The translations under genes and the position numbers were made by a program. A DNA stretch of 58,742 nt, the filler included, from Catajapyx aquilonaris (lineage: Eukaryota): the NCBI GenBank assembly GCA_000934665.2. It is 2 parts of 2 records of this genome, joined end to end, with 100 filler letters (N's around TTAATTAATTAA, not from the genome) between each part and the next. Parts side by side here need not be neighbours in the genome. Positions count along the whole stretch, not along the records: positions 1 to 29,380 come from JYFJ02004821.1; positions 29,481 to 58,742 come from JYFJ02004822.1. The stretch is one strand, 5' to 3'. The notes under the pieces are model-generated. The model saw only the letters and a list, made by a program, of their open reading frames with translations, did no database searches and was not told the origin of the DNA. Positions within the stretch are counted from its first letter, which is position 1; each line of letters begins with the position of its first letter. Shown in pieces: positions 27,775 to 38,923 of this stretch.

Positions 27775-28924
27775 ATAATGGCAACCTGTTTGATATGGAA
27801 AGTAACCATGAAAGCAATTGATTCTGTTAAAAGCATCTGTCTTCCCAATTCACTCTGTAAAGCCGTACACTCAATAAGGTCTGTCAGTCACCAGTCAAGT
27901 TGGGGTCCTATGTCATTGCTTTAGGTTTCAAAAATGTAGTCACCTCAGTTTATACCAACATTACATCAATACTGTTGCATGTGATAATTCGTGTCACACA
28001 ACATAAGCAAGCATGTTCAAGCACTCTAACTGGGTAACAATAATCCCAATGCCAGTCAGCAAATAAAAAGATATGGTATGCAGCAATTTCAATTTCAATT
28101 TTCAAGTGATTTGGTGGACAAGAGAATGTTTGCAAAGGCTATTAAAATTGTCCTGTAGCCCAACAATGAAATTTTTAAAAATATGAACAAAATAATATTA
28201 AATCGGTGATTGCTGCAAATGTTAGCAGATTTCCTATCATTGCATAATAATATGGTTGCAATCAAAGTTTTATAATGATTTCTGTATGCACGATTATTAT
28301 GTTCACTGTTGAGCCATCGCATTATTATTATTTTCTTGATTCATGCAATATATTTAAGGCATAAATTCTTATATACACTGATAGTCATGAAATATAGGTA
28401 ACAAATTGATGTGAACATGTTTTTGAAATTGATAATAGTTTCAAGTACATTCATGAGTGGTTTTAGTATGAAAATGCTTCACAATGGAATCTTTAAAATC
28501 TCTTGTACTCCTAGCTTAATTCATAAATTATTTTTTATATATGCAGGATGGTCCAGGCTTGACACTTTTACATTTTGTGTGGAATATTCCATATACATAT
28601 CTCCCTAGAACTTGCAGGTTTTTTTTCTCTTTGTGTCTGATATTCTTCATGCACAACTAGCCTTAACTAATATGTTGATTTGCAAAAAAAAAATTAAAAA
28701 CTGGAAGCTAGAACAAAGCAGTATTATTCCCATAACGATTAACAATCATGTCAATTTTGTTTTTTTTTTCCATTACCCCACGGGGGGAGTTATACTACTC
28801 CTTAGGGGGGGTGGGTTGCCACCTTTGGAATTTGTTTTGGAGCGAGTTTAAGAATAATCTTAATTAGTATGCTCCAAGGGTGGGTGGGAGGGGATGTGCA
28901 AAGTGCAAGTGCAATGTCTCTAAT

Positions 28925-29098
28925 CGTCATTTTGTGAACTCCCCCGGGTGGCTTAGTCTGCCGGAAATTGCCACCCGAAACGAAGCCAGAGATGGCCCAA
29001 CTCTGCACGAAAGAAGGTGGGAACCCCGGGTGGGGATTGAACCCGGGACCTTAACTTCCGTGGGCGCGCGTGTTACCGCGGCGCCACTCCGTCTCCCC
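28925..29098 (-). mobile_element. Short tRNA-derived SINE (third family)
   Basis: GGGGAGACGGAGTGGCGCCGCGGTAAC A-box region, GGTTCAATCCC B-box, then a non-tRNA body. No clean TSD; 3' boundary approximate. Confidence 0.7.
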
Positions 29099-29347
29099 GC
29101 AATCATGTCAATATTGGCAGCGGAGGATTTCCCATTAGGCACAGTAGGCACTGGCCTAGGGGCGGCCGCCCTGCAAGGGCGGCCGCGGTTGCAATAAATA
29201 TTATTTCTCAAAGAAGACATGATGGCGAGATCACAAAGAAAAGCAAATTGTTGATAGCTTGATTTGGCACTACATGCGGAAAAGGTAATTGCCAAAGGGC
29301 GGCCATAACTTTCAATAAAATATTTTAAAAATAAAATAACATTAAAT

Positions 29348-29380
29348 CAGCGGTTCTCAAACTGTGGGGCGCGCTGGGGG
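29348..29380. mobile_element. hAT (Charlie-like) MITE terminus running into the gap
   Basis: CAGCGGTTCTCAAACTGTGGGGCGCG resembles hAT-Charlie TIRs. The other end is not visible. Confidence 0.55.
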
Positions 29381-29480
29381 NNNNNNNNNNNNNNNNNNNN
29401 NNNNNNNNNNNNNNNNNNNNNNNNTTAATTAATTAANNNNNNNNNNNNNNNNNNNNNNNNNNNNNNNNNNNNNNNNNNNN
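29381..29480. other. Assembly gap with synthetic six-frame-stop linker
   Basis: 44 N + TTAATTAATTAA + 44 N = exactly 100 bp. Confidence 0.95.
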
Positions 29481-32400
29481 AGCTTCAGATTTTCTCGACC
29501 AATCAGAGACAAGCCCAGGGTGACTTGCACATGTAGTCGAATTTTCTGGTGTCAGACACCCACTATCAACCTACTAAGATAATAATTAATTGCTAATTTT
29601 AATTAGTTTTATGAAGCTATTTTTGCTGTTATTTTATATCAGTATACAATATGTCGTGGTTGAAATATCAAGACAGCGATGTCGTCTTCACATGTTGTTC
29701 GTAGTAGTCATTTTGTTGCACCTCACTTTTCAAGATAAGACGGAATACATTACATATTGAATAAAATAGTCGTTTTTTTTTGTATATTTCCCTTTTAATG
29801 GGACCTTAACTATTGCTAATATGAAACACACATGATTTGGCTGTTACCAGCTTTCAATATTAGCTACTCTGTGGTCTTATTAATATTTCAGAATGCTGTT
29901 ATTCCTTAGTAGATAAAGAGTGCGCTTACTGTGTCATAAAATGGGTGTAACCGGTATTAGGGTTCGACAGCGGCTTTTTTTTAAAGCAACTGAATTAACT
30001 GATGAGTTTAGACATTATAGTCTCCTTCCTTTACCCACTGTGTGTAGTTATTCTGAGTTATTCTTTGGTTCTATTACCACTCACCTAGACAAGGCAATTC
30101 AAAACTGCCGACAAGGGTGGATTGGAGTCAGATAGGTCAAGCAATGCAATTTCAGCTTGGGGCAGCCTTGCTGACACTATATTGCTGGGTGTCGGAATCA
30201 GATATTTTCTCTCCCTATTCCATTACTGAACTACTGTTGGACTTTCATTTGCAAGGACATGGGAAACTTATCTAGTTGCAATTTTCTTATTTACACTTCC
30301 ACATGGAAGGAAAGTACCAAGGATATGTTGTGTAGCTTCCTGGCAACAGGTCGCTGATGTTGCCTGGGACTTTAGCACAGTTGTGTCCGCCATTGTTTCA
30401 CCCTTGGTTCGCCACTTCACCAAATAGGTTGCTCTAGTACCTTCACTCCACGCTAACTAAGTGAAAATCAAGGTAATTATGCAACTATCTTCCTTTTTTA
30501 ATTGAATTTCGCATGTTTACTTACCCATTCCAATATCGAATTCAAATTCTCTTCTCGCGTGTTCTTGCCGTGTAGTTGCCATGGCTGCCAAAACCATCAA
30601 AGATGGCGGACCTTATTTTTGCATGTACCCTATTTATACGTCGTTGGCATACCATGCACACACGTCAAGATGGCCGCCAGCCTTGGCAACGCCCTATAAA
30701 CAGAGAGACGCGAACAACAAAGGCGCCGACAGAAGTTTGCGCCTCTTACGTAGTATATGCTATAGTTGAGGAGAAGTAAACCACCAGAGTAGTATAACAG
30801 CTGCTTCATTAAGGTCAAGTATGGGAGTCAAAATCTCTGTTAGACTCAAGAGGCCCAGATGTGGCATCCACCGATATCAGGTGTAATACGTGGGCTGCAC
30901 ATGCAGTCCATCACTGTCAGGAAGTCTACATGATGTTTAAAAATCAAATGTCTTTAATGTCACCTGTTTAGCTGCCCTTTACCCACAGCACTGGTGACGG
31001 TAAGTTCTGTGGTGCAATGTCCTGACATTTAGTTGGGCCAGGCCCAAGGCGGGCCAGGGTGAAATTTGAACAACTTTCTTACATTTCTGACGTCGGAGCA
31101 CGTGGTCGAAGTCTGGATTCATGAGGCGATTGAGGCCCCATCTGTGATGGTGCTTTAAATTCGAATCCAACACTACCTATGCCTGTAGTTTTTCGTAGCC
31201 TTTGGTGTGGCCTATATTTCAGTGGCGTCTTTTGTAATGCAGATAATCTTTTTAGCATTGCCTCTTATGTTATGCACCAGACAAAATTTAAATGCACGCC
31301 TGTCGGAATGATGGATGGCAATTTCAATAGCAATAACAATCTCAGTTATTAAACCATTGGAAACCATTGAGACGGAGAAGCTGTATGACACAGATTGTGA
31401 AATTTTCGCCATGACATGTCTGCTGGAAATGTGAAAGCCGGAATTGATAAATAATCGCATGCGATTTTTTTCTCTGTAGGTACTGTATTGTGGGAACGAC
31501 TGGACGTGTGATTCTTTGGTTCGTCATGTGACTTGGCTTAGTCGGACCAACACGTAGGGTTGAATGGCTGCGTCTCATTCATTTGACTCCATCTTTCTAT
31601 ACATCATCTGCTCATGAAAATAACATGAGAGCGGAATGCATACTGAAAAGTACGCGTACCTATGTGCGGCAGAATTCTGCTTCTTCCACACTTATCATCA
31701 TTGTTTCCACCATTTTTGGCATTGAAATAGGCTTTTTTGTTTGTGAGTGGCCAAATCATTATTCACTGTAATAGTGTGACATATTGTCTCTCTCTTTGCC
31801 ACTCATTTATGCAGCCTATAATAAGAAATGCTATTGTAATTAATTTTACATGTAGCTGTGCTCTTATAAGAATTTGATGTACGAGTATATGGCTCACCCT
31901 GTAAGTAGATGCTGTACATTTGACTACACTTGCAGACACTGTAGCTACCGAGTTAACACATGTTTTACCTGCAGGTTTGGAACTACTTCTGGGTTTTGAC
32001 ATTTACCTAGATCTCTTGTACTGTACTATTCACTAATTTGGTCTTGATTTCCCACACTTTTAGCAGTGAAGTAGCAACTGATCATGCATGTGCCATATCG
32101 TCGCATGCTATGTCTAGACGTCTAGTCCAGTTTGACTGGTTCCCTTGGCAGGATATCAAAGTTGTCTCATGGCCACCCTTGCTCAGAGTTGCCCTGATGG
32201 GATATTTGTGGTTCTTTGTTAAATCCACAGCATCCTCTTGATATCTAGAACATACTTCAGTTTCTGCTCAATTCTTGTCATGTTGTTTTAACAACAGACA
32301 CACTGTGAGTTTCTTAAGCAGTATGCTGGCTGTATTTGTACAACCTTCAGCAGATGCAGTTACTCTTGTGGCTCTGATGAGATGGTGTGCCAAAACCTCC

Positions 32401-34670
32401 TTTGTCTGAATTATGCGTTTTAGGGTACCTCCGTCCAGAAAAGAGTTTTGCTTTTGCTAGACGTATTCGAAGTACTTGACTTATAACGAGTCATTTGCTA
32501 TAATTTGATTAATAGTTTGGTAAATGGTACGTTTGATTTTGCACTCATGCGTTGCTGTAAGTCTCGCCGTCTTCTCTTCATTTCCGCAGATGTGAGCTCT
32601 AGTCTGTCTAGTGTGTTTCTTAGTTTCATGTTGTTTTTCTGGTACACATTCAATTTAGTTACCAGAATGGCCAGCTCTCCATTCAGGCTGTGGAGTTCAG
32701 CCTTCTCATCTACTGTTAGTAGTACATGGGTTAGTGTGTGGCTGCTTGAAGAGTGGCCTGGTAAAATTGGGTCAATGTAACAATATTGTGTGGGAATTGG
32801 GGTATTGAAATTCTCATGGATCCATATGCCCCAAACGGGTCTCACAGTATCGTAGCGAGACGTGTTTTGTCAGCAGTATCGTTGGTGGTCATTGATGTGA
32901 TGTAATTCATATTGTGCTTCCAATTATTGCAAGAGGACTGTAGTGTGTTGTATGAGTACAAGGTTGGAAATAAAGGGGGACTCCAGACAAGATGGCTGAC
33001 CGAGTTGGACGTGTTTCACTAGGGGGGCTAAGTAAAAGACCCGAATAAAACAAGGACAACTTTAACATCCAAAAATGACGAAACCGATCTCATGTATGCC
33101 CCTGACCTTCTCGCATGCTCTACAGAACACATGCACAGTCGACCTCATATAGTACACATCGTCTCCACACTCACACAATGCCATGTAAGGAGCATTTGTG
33201 TGTGGTGCAGTTACATATTTCTACCCTTTCATCATGCATAGATATTTTCTTCTGTCCTGACATTTTTTTAAATAGTGTCAGGTTGACATTTCCGTGGAAT
33301 TGCATATGCCATATTCTTGCGTTAGGGCAACTTCTGGCCATGCTCTGATGACAGCTGCGGACAAGTGTTCAGAATGGTACCTGATAATTAGCTCAATTAT
33401 TACGACCCATGACTGGTTTGCATGGAGGCTTGAAGACATGTTGCTACACGATTTTCGTCCCCTCCTCCAGTGCCCACATCGGCACATCCCCACAAGGTGA
33501 GGCTAATTGTAGCCTCAAAGTGTTGTGCCACCTGCCACCCCAACACTTTTCCCTCCCTCCCGATCCCGAAGGATCCCTGTTGCCAAGAGTATCCTGAGGG
33601 TTGGGGTGGGATGGGGAGAGTCCTTCAGGGCTTCAAGTGGGGAAGGATGGAAGATGGTCGTGCAACACTGATGGCTTGGGTTGGGGGAGATGTGCTCTCT
33701 TGTTCGGCTGATCGGCCGGCTGATGTGTGGGGCCGCAGAGGCGCAGACTACTGGTGCTGGGAGTAGAGCTGAAGGATGGGCGTGGAAAGGACCACGGGCA
33801 GACCACGGGCAAGAGACAGGTTGGTGCATGCACTGGGTGCCGGCAAGTGTAGGGCGTGGCTTTGAGATGATTTTGTCCAAAATTTAGGGCTAGTTTGGCA
33901 TGCTTTTATTTTTGTTGTCCTGTGCATTGTTAGAGGGTGTGATTGTATAAACACTGGAGTTTGCTTTGCAGTGTGGACGTGACGTGAGCCATCGCAGCGG
34001 ACAGAAACTGAGGGGCTGGATGTGCAGCACACCGTGACCAACATCGAGACAGCTTGTTGCGGCCAGCACATCAGTGGAACTGCTAACTGGCCAGTCGGTA
34101 AATACAGTGCTAATTCCACTCATTTTCAGGGCACATTATGAAGCGGGAAAATTGTGGATATTTTTCTGTGTATTGTAATTTTTCAACTAGCTACATGTTT
34201 TGATCAGGGCCGAAATAGTACAGTGCTGGTCAGGAATGGTGAATTACTGGTGGGGCCATGAGGCAATGCGGCAAATGAGCAAATCGAAGAGATGGATTTG
34301 TTGCAAATTCATTGCTTCAGTTAGCTTTTTTTTGCTGCTGCAGCTCGCAGCACCACCAGTACTATTCTTGTCTGGAACTGTACCCAAGCACATGATAAAT
34401 CATGTGCCAAATAATTTTGTTTGCTGTTAAATATTGCAAATGTAACTAATTGCTGCTTTTACGAGAGGAAAGGGCTAATCAGTATTGCTCGATGAACATT
34501 ATTCATGTGATCTGGAATGTTCATTTGGAGTTGTAAGTTCTCCCACAGGAGGAAGCTGGACATTACTGGGATTACGCAAGTTTCATGTAATTTCGTATCA
34601 TATTACAATAACGATTCTGACTCTGAATTAGGCTAGTCCACATATATTTTATCTTTTTGATGCAGTAGGT

Positions 34671-34901
34671 GTACCGAAGCAGGTTGGCATAGTGGATAAG
34701 GCGTCTGACTGCTAATCGGGAGGTCCTGGGTTCGAATCCCGCGGCCGGCAACCTTGACCGTGGTTTTCTGTGGTTTTCCACGGTCTTTCTAGGATAATTC
34801 TGGGGTCGCTTCCGTATAATAGGCCACAGCCGCTTCCTTCCTTCCCTATCCTTGGAGGTTGAATGGCAAATGCTGGGCCAACCTCCTTAAATATCAATTA
34901 A
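34671..34901 (+). mobile_element. tRNA-derived SINE
   Basis: A box TGGCATAGTGG, B box GGTTCGAATCCC, core GGTTTTCTGTGGTTTTCCA...GGCCACAGCCGCTTCCTTCC, 3' hairpin GGAGGTTG/CAACCTCC. TSD AGTAGGT at 34664-70 and 34902-08. Head and core shared with the copy at 55886-56345. Confidence 0.88.
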
Positions 34902-35603
34902 AGTAGGTCAGTGTGGACATATGATTTGAGGTTGATACTTGTATCAACTTAAAACTGACTGTCCATGGCCTTGTTAGCATGGGAAGATGGCCGTTTCGAT
35001 ATCCTAGGGCACATATGCATTACTGCATGAAGTACAGTAATCGAACAGTCCAAGAATCAAACAATTGGCAAGGGGTGCTAAGAGAAGGGGACAGTGGGCG
35101 TAACAAGCAGGGTGGTCTGCATGGCCACCCATGGGGACTGATATGATTGGTTAATGGTTGTGTGTGTGGAATGTGCTTGCACATACGATCTACCTGGTGC
35201 AGATCGAATCCGCAAGGACAAGGTGCAGATCAGCGCTCCACAACTCATACGATACAATAGTTGAATATAAAAGTCTCCGTCCGCGGTGCTGGTGCATGCC
35301 CACAGGGATGCTGTGGTTGGGGCGGCCGCTCGCGGACGCCTGAACCAATCCGAACCATTCTTTCCAGTGCAGCTGGGTCCGGACGGAATTCACAAATCGC
35401 CAGTCAGCCACCTGAACCACAGGGTAGGCTAGGGGAGACTTTTATATTAAACTACTGTCACCATAGGTCTTGATAGGGAGTTGCGTGGAGCTGGTGCAGA
35501 CAGTTGCTCTAACGTAAATGCGAATCTATAAGCTACCTGTACACAGTGACGGCCTTCCATTGCATGCACTCTCACCCTAGTTGTAAGGGGATGGCTATGC
35601 TCT

Positions 35604-35972
35604 TTAACGAGTCCTCCGCCACCCCAGATTTGCCACAGCAGTTGGGCACTGTACCAAATCACATTTGGCGGACGACTTCTGAACTATTCCGTACAGTCGC
35701 TTTAGCTTCCGAATAAACTAAACCAAACTGAACTATTCCGTAGCAACCCAAACCATCAATTCACATTTAGTCCCAGTCCGCAGACTCGTGCACCAAACGC
35801 CTGAGTGTGCTTTGCATTGTTCTAAATCGCACCCAAGCGGTTGGCGCACAAATCTACGTACTGGAGTTGAAGGTGAATTTATGGTTAGGGTTGGTTCGGA
35901 ACGGTTCAGAAGTTGTCTGCCGAATGCAATTTGGTACAGTGCCTCACATCCAGGGATGCGGAGACTCGTTAA
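35604..35972. mobile_element. Degenerate palindromic MITE
   Basis: Inner arms GGCACTGTACCAAAT (35645) / ATTTGGTACAGTGCC (35943) pair over more than 100 bp. Outer arms TTAACGAGTC / GACTCGTTAA. Superfamily not determined. Confidence 0.75.
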
Positions 35973-36699
35973 GCTCATGGAAAAGGAGAGGGAGTTGTGG
36001 GGGGCTGGTCCGACTATTGGGCACAAGTCAGAAGTTTCAAGCCGATGTAAGGTTAGGCCTCTATGTGCCCTTTAAAGTAATTTTAAATATGCAATGTTGA
36101 TGAAGTTACCTCAAGCCAAATCACTGCTGAGGTTGTGACCCATGTTTTAAAGCATATTGATTGCCAAGGATTAGATATCATGTCTTTCAATCTCATACTC
36201 ACTTTGGAAAATTGATAAGTTCAGTGGCATTAAATAAACAGTATGATGCTGGCGTAATTATTTGCCTTATTGCAGTGCCCCATGTCACTGAGCTGACCCA
36301 CATTTTTTCATGAGAGGTAACTCCACTGCATTGCAACTGGGACCCAGTGTGAGAATGTACCGTGCAAAACATAAACCATATGGTCTTGATGCCAGGCATT
36401 GATGTTTTTATGAACTTGTTGCTAGTAATTTGGCAGAAATATTTATTGTGATTAGCAGAGTTAATTGCCTATTTGCCTGACAGCAATGTCTAATACAAAA
36501 TTGTTTACAGGTCATACCCTCTCTGCTGTGACCAGCTTGGGGCAAGAAAGCTGCTGCTGCCTATTGCTTTCATGAACCAATGTTATGCTGGGTGGGACCA
36601 CTCATGAGGCAGCTGCTGCATGTTGGTCTACATGTTCTGGTGGGCATTCACCATGTTTTGCGCAGGTGAGAATAGGTTTAATCTCTGCATTTATATTTC

Positions 36700-37880
36700 A
36701 ATCAATCAATCAATCAATTATTTATTTTACCTCAGGGACAGGTTTCCCTGAGGGACACCACTCCATTACACTGTACGCTTATTTCTGGTTAGACATGAAT
36801 TGATGACATTTGCCAGGGGTGGGGACTAAATACAATTTAATAAACCAATTTGGCTTCACCGGGATTCAATGTGTATGATACATCTGCTTATATCTGTTCA
36901 TGCCATTTGGCAACGTAAGTGAGGAAAGGAACATAAGTTGTAAAATTTGCATTTCTGATGGTTAGTGTAGGATCAACAAAAAATCAGACCTAGGAGGGAT
37001 TGGTAAGTCTCGTAACAAATTTTGATGGCCCCCAGCATACATCGGACATTCGAAAGAGGTGTGGAACCAGTCCTCTTCAGAATCCATTTTAATAGTCCTT
37101 TTTTCTCCCAGCGGTATCCACTTTGATCCAATCTGAAGACAGGCCAATAGTCTGCATAAATTTATCTGAATTTGCTTTCCTGTGTAATAAGAGGGAAAAT
37201 ATCTATGTTTATCATAGTAAAATTGTGCCTTTTCTCTATTCCTATCCAATTTTTCAAGACAGTCAAGGTCATTTTTTATTTCCACATCTAACATCGTTTG
37301 GGTTAGGGATACATATTTTTGGAGCCAGCAGGGGTCATCCTTCGTCGTAAAATTTGTGATTGACTGGCCATATTCATTCCGAAGGAAATCTAATTGTTTC
37401 GTCCAGTTGAAAAGGGTTAAGGAGTATGATTGTACAAGTAAATACTTCATCTCTCTGTGCGGTAATCTATGTGAGTCCATATTCACAACTGTCTTAAGAT
37501 ATTTAACTGGGTGAAGGAAAACTTTGACTTTAAGTGGTGGGTGGCCAGTTTCTAATCTCATTAAATAGCCAGCCGTTTGTATACCTGTAGCAAGTAATAT
37601 TTTAATAGCTGTCCCTTGTATCCTGTCTTAAGTTTTTTAGTCCATTTAGTCCCCAGATAGGAGAGCCATAGTTCGCCGATGTTATAACTGCCTTGTCGAC
37701 ATATTTTAAGGTGGATGCTAGTGTGGGGAGCTGGGCTGAGACATTTAATACTGTCACCACCTTACTTAACCCTATCCATCATCTCATTCGTAAATAGACC
37801 GGATGAAGAAAATTTTACTCCGAGATAAGTAAATGACTTGGCAATCTCGATAGGTGTGTCATCTATTGTAAATTTTTTGG
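36700..37880 (-). mobile_element. 5'-truncated, degenerate non-LTR retrotransposon (CR1/L2/Daphne- or RTE-X-like)
   Basis: End-of-RT motif SFTYLGVKF near 37820, ORF 36962..37561 with EDWFHTSFECPMY (CCHC remnant), 3' hairpin CCTCAGGGA/TCCCTGAGG, AATAAA and an (ATTG)n tail at 36700-36718. Confidence 0.8.
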
Positions 37881-38328
37881 GGAATTTACTCCTACATTTC
37901 AGCTTTTGTATTTTTTTCTGGCAAAACACTCATGCTTGTTTGAAACTAAGAATCTCGAGCTATCGAGTAATGTCGCAATTTTTTCTAAAAGCCAACATAT
38001 GTTAAGCTGCATTTACATGGAAGTAATTTGACGAGCAAAGCAGAGTGAAGTCTTCGCAGATGCTGAAATTAACAATCAATTTTTGCCTCAGCCAATATTG
38101 GTTACTCAGCATCAGCAAAGACTTAGGTCGTGAAGTTGCTCACAGTAAACCCAGCTTTAGACATATGGGAATGTAAATGACAGGGAAATTTGTGACATTT
38201 TTGGATGTACAGTGCTGGACACATTAGCTGTCTCTGAATGTTTTTTTTTCCATCTGCGATGGCGCGCGTGACCTGGCAACCCCGGCCGGCGGGCCAATGC
38301 AAACACCAGCACATGGAGAGTGCTTATA

Positions 38329-38923
38329 CAGGGTGTATCAGAGTCACGGGTCAAGAGGGGGTGGGGAAAAATCGTAGGTGGCGACTACCCTGGTCGGTTT
38401 TATAAAACAATTAGAAATACGGCAGTAATCAATTTATTTATTACGGGCGTATGGCGTGAATTGAGCCTGGTGGGCACGGCAAATGCAAGGCAAGAGTGCA
38501 GTGGTTTGAACGTGTTTGAAGCTGGTTGAATGTGTTTTTAGCCTTGCTGGTTGCACTGAAAAAGGCGCTCTCATGCTACACCGGCAGGGTACTGTACAAA
38601 GTAGTGTACTACTGTATGGTGGTGTGCTCAGTACTCTGCTAGTGTAGCATGAGAGCGCCTTTTTCAGTGCAACCGGCTAGGCTAAAAACCCGTTCAACCA
38701 GCTTCAAACATGTTCAAACCACTGCACTCTTGCCTTGCATTTGCCGTGCCCACCAGGCTCAATTCAAACAGAAAGGACGTGACGTCACGCAATACGGCCG
38801 TAATAAATAAATTGATTACTGCCGTATTTCTAATTGTTTTATAAAACTGACCGGGGTAGTCGCCACCTACGATTTTTCCCCACCCCCTCGCGCGCGCTTG
38901 ACCCGTGACTCTGCTACACCCTG
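38329..38923. mobile_element. 595-bp foldback MITE of Tc1/mariner type
   Basis: Inverted arms of about 265-295 bp, termini CAGGGTGTA(T/G)CAGAGTCACGGGTCAAG, TA on both flanks (38327-28, 38924-25). Confidence 0.95.

Noticed and set aside
29425..29436. TTAATTAATTAA palindrome as a biological site
   Set aside because: Centred in a symmetric 100-bp N gap, so it is a synthetic linker.
30756..30818. GLLLLNYSIYY/gtaag as the missing pasi1 exon
   Set aside because: Similarity to the expected GLWLLGGYYIY segment is poor and the preceding LPW motif is absent.
32976..33030. L1/Tx1-like 5' end (GGGGGACTCC...CAAGATGGC) on +
   Set aside because: Only a short motif resemblance, with no ORF1 following.
34671..34750. 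tRNA-Ser(GCT) gene
   Set aside because: No acceptor-stem pairing or long variable arm. It is followed by a SINE core and flanked by a TSD, and a second copy occurs near 56300.
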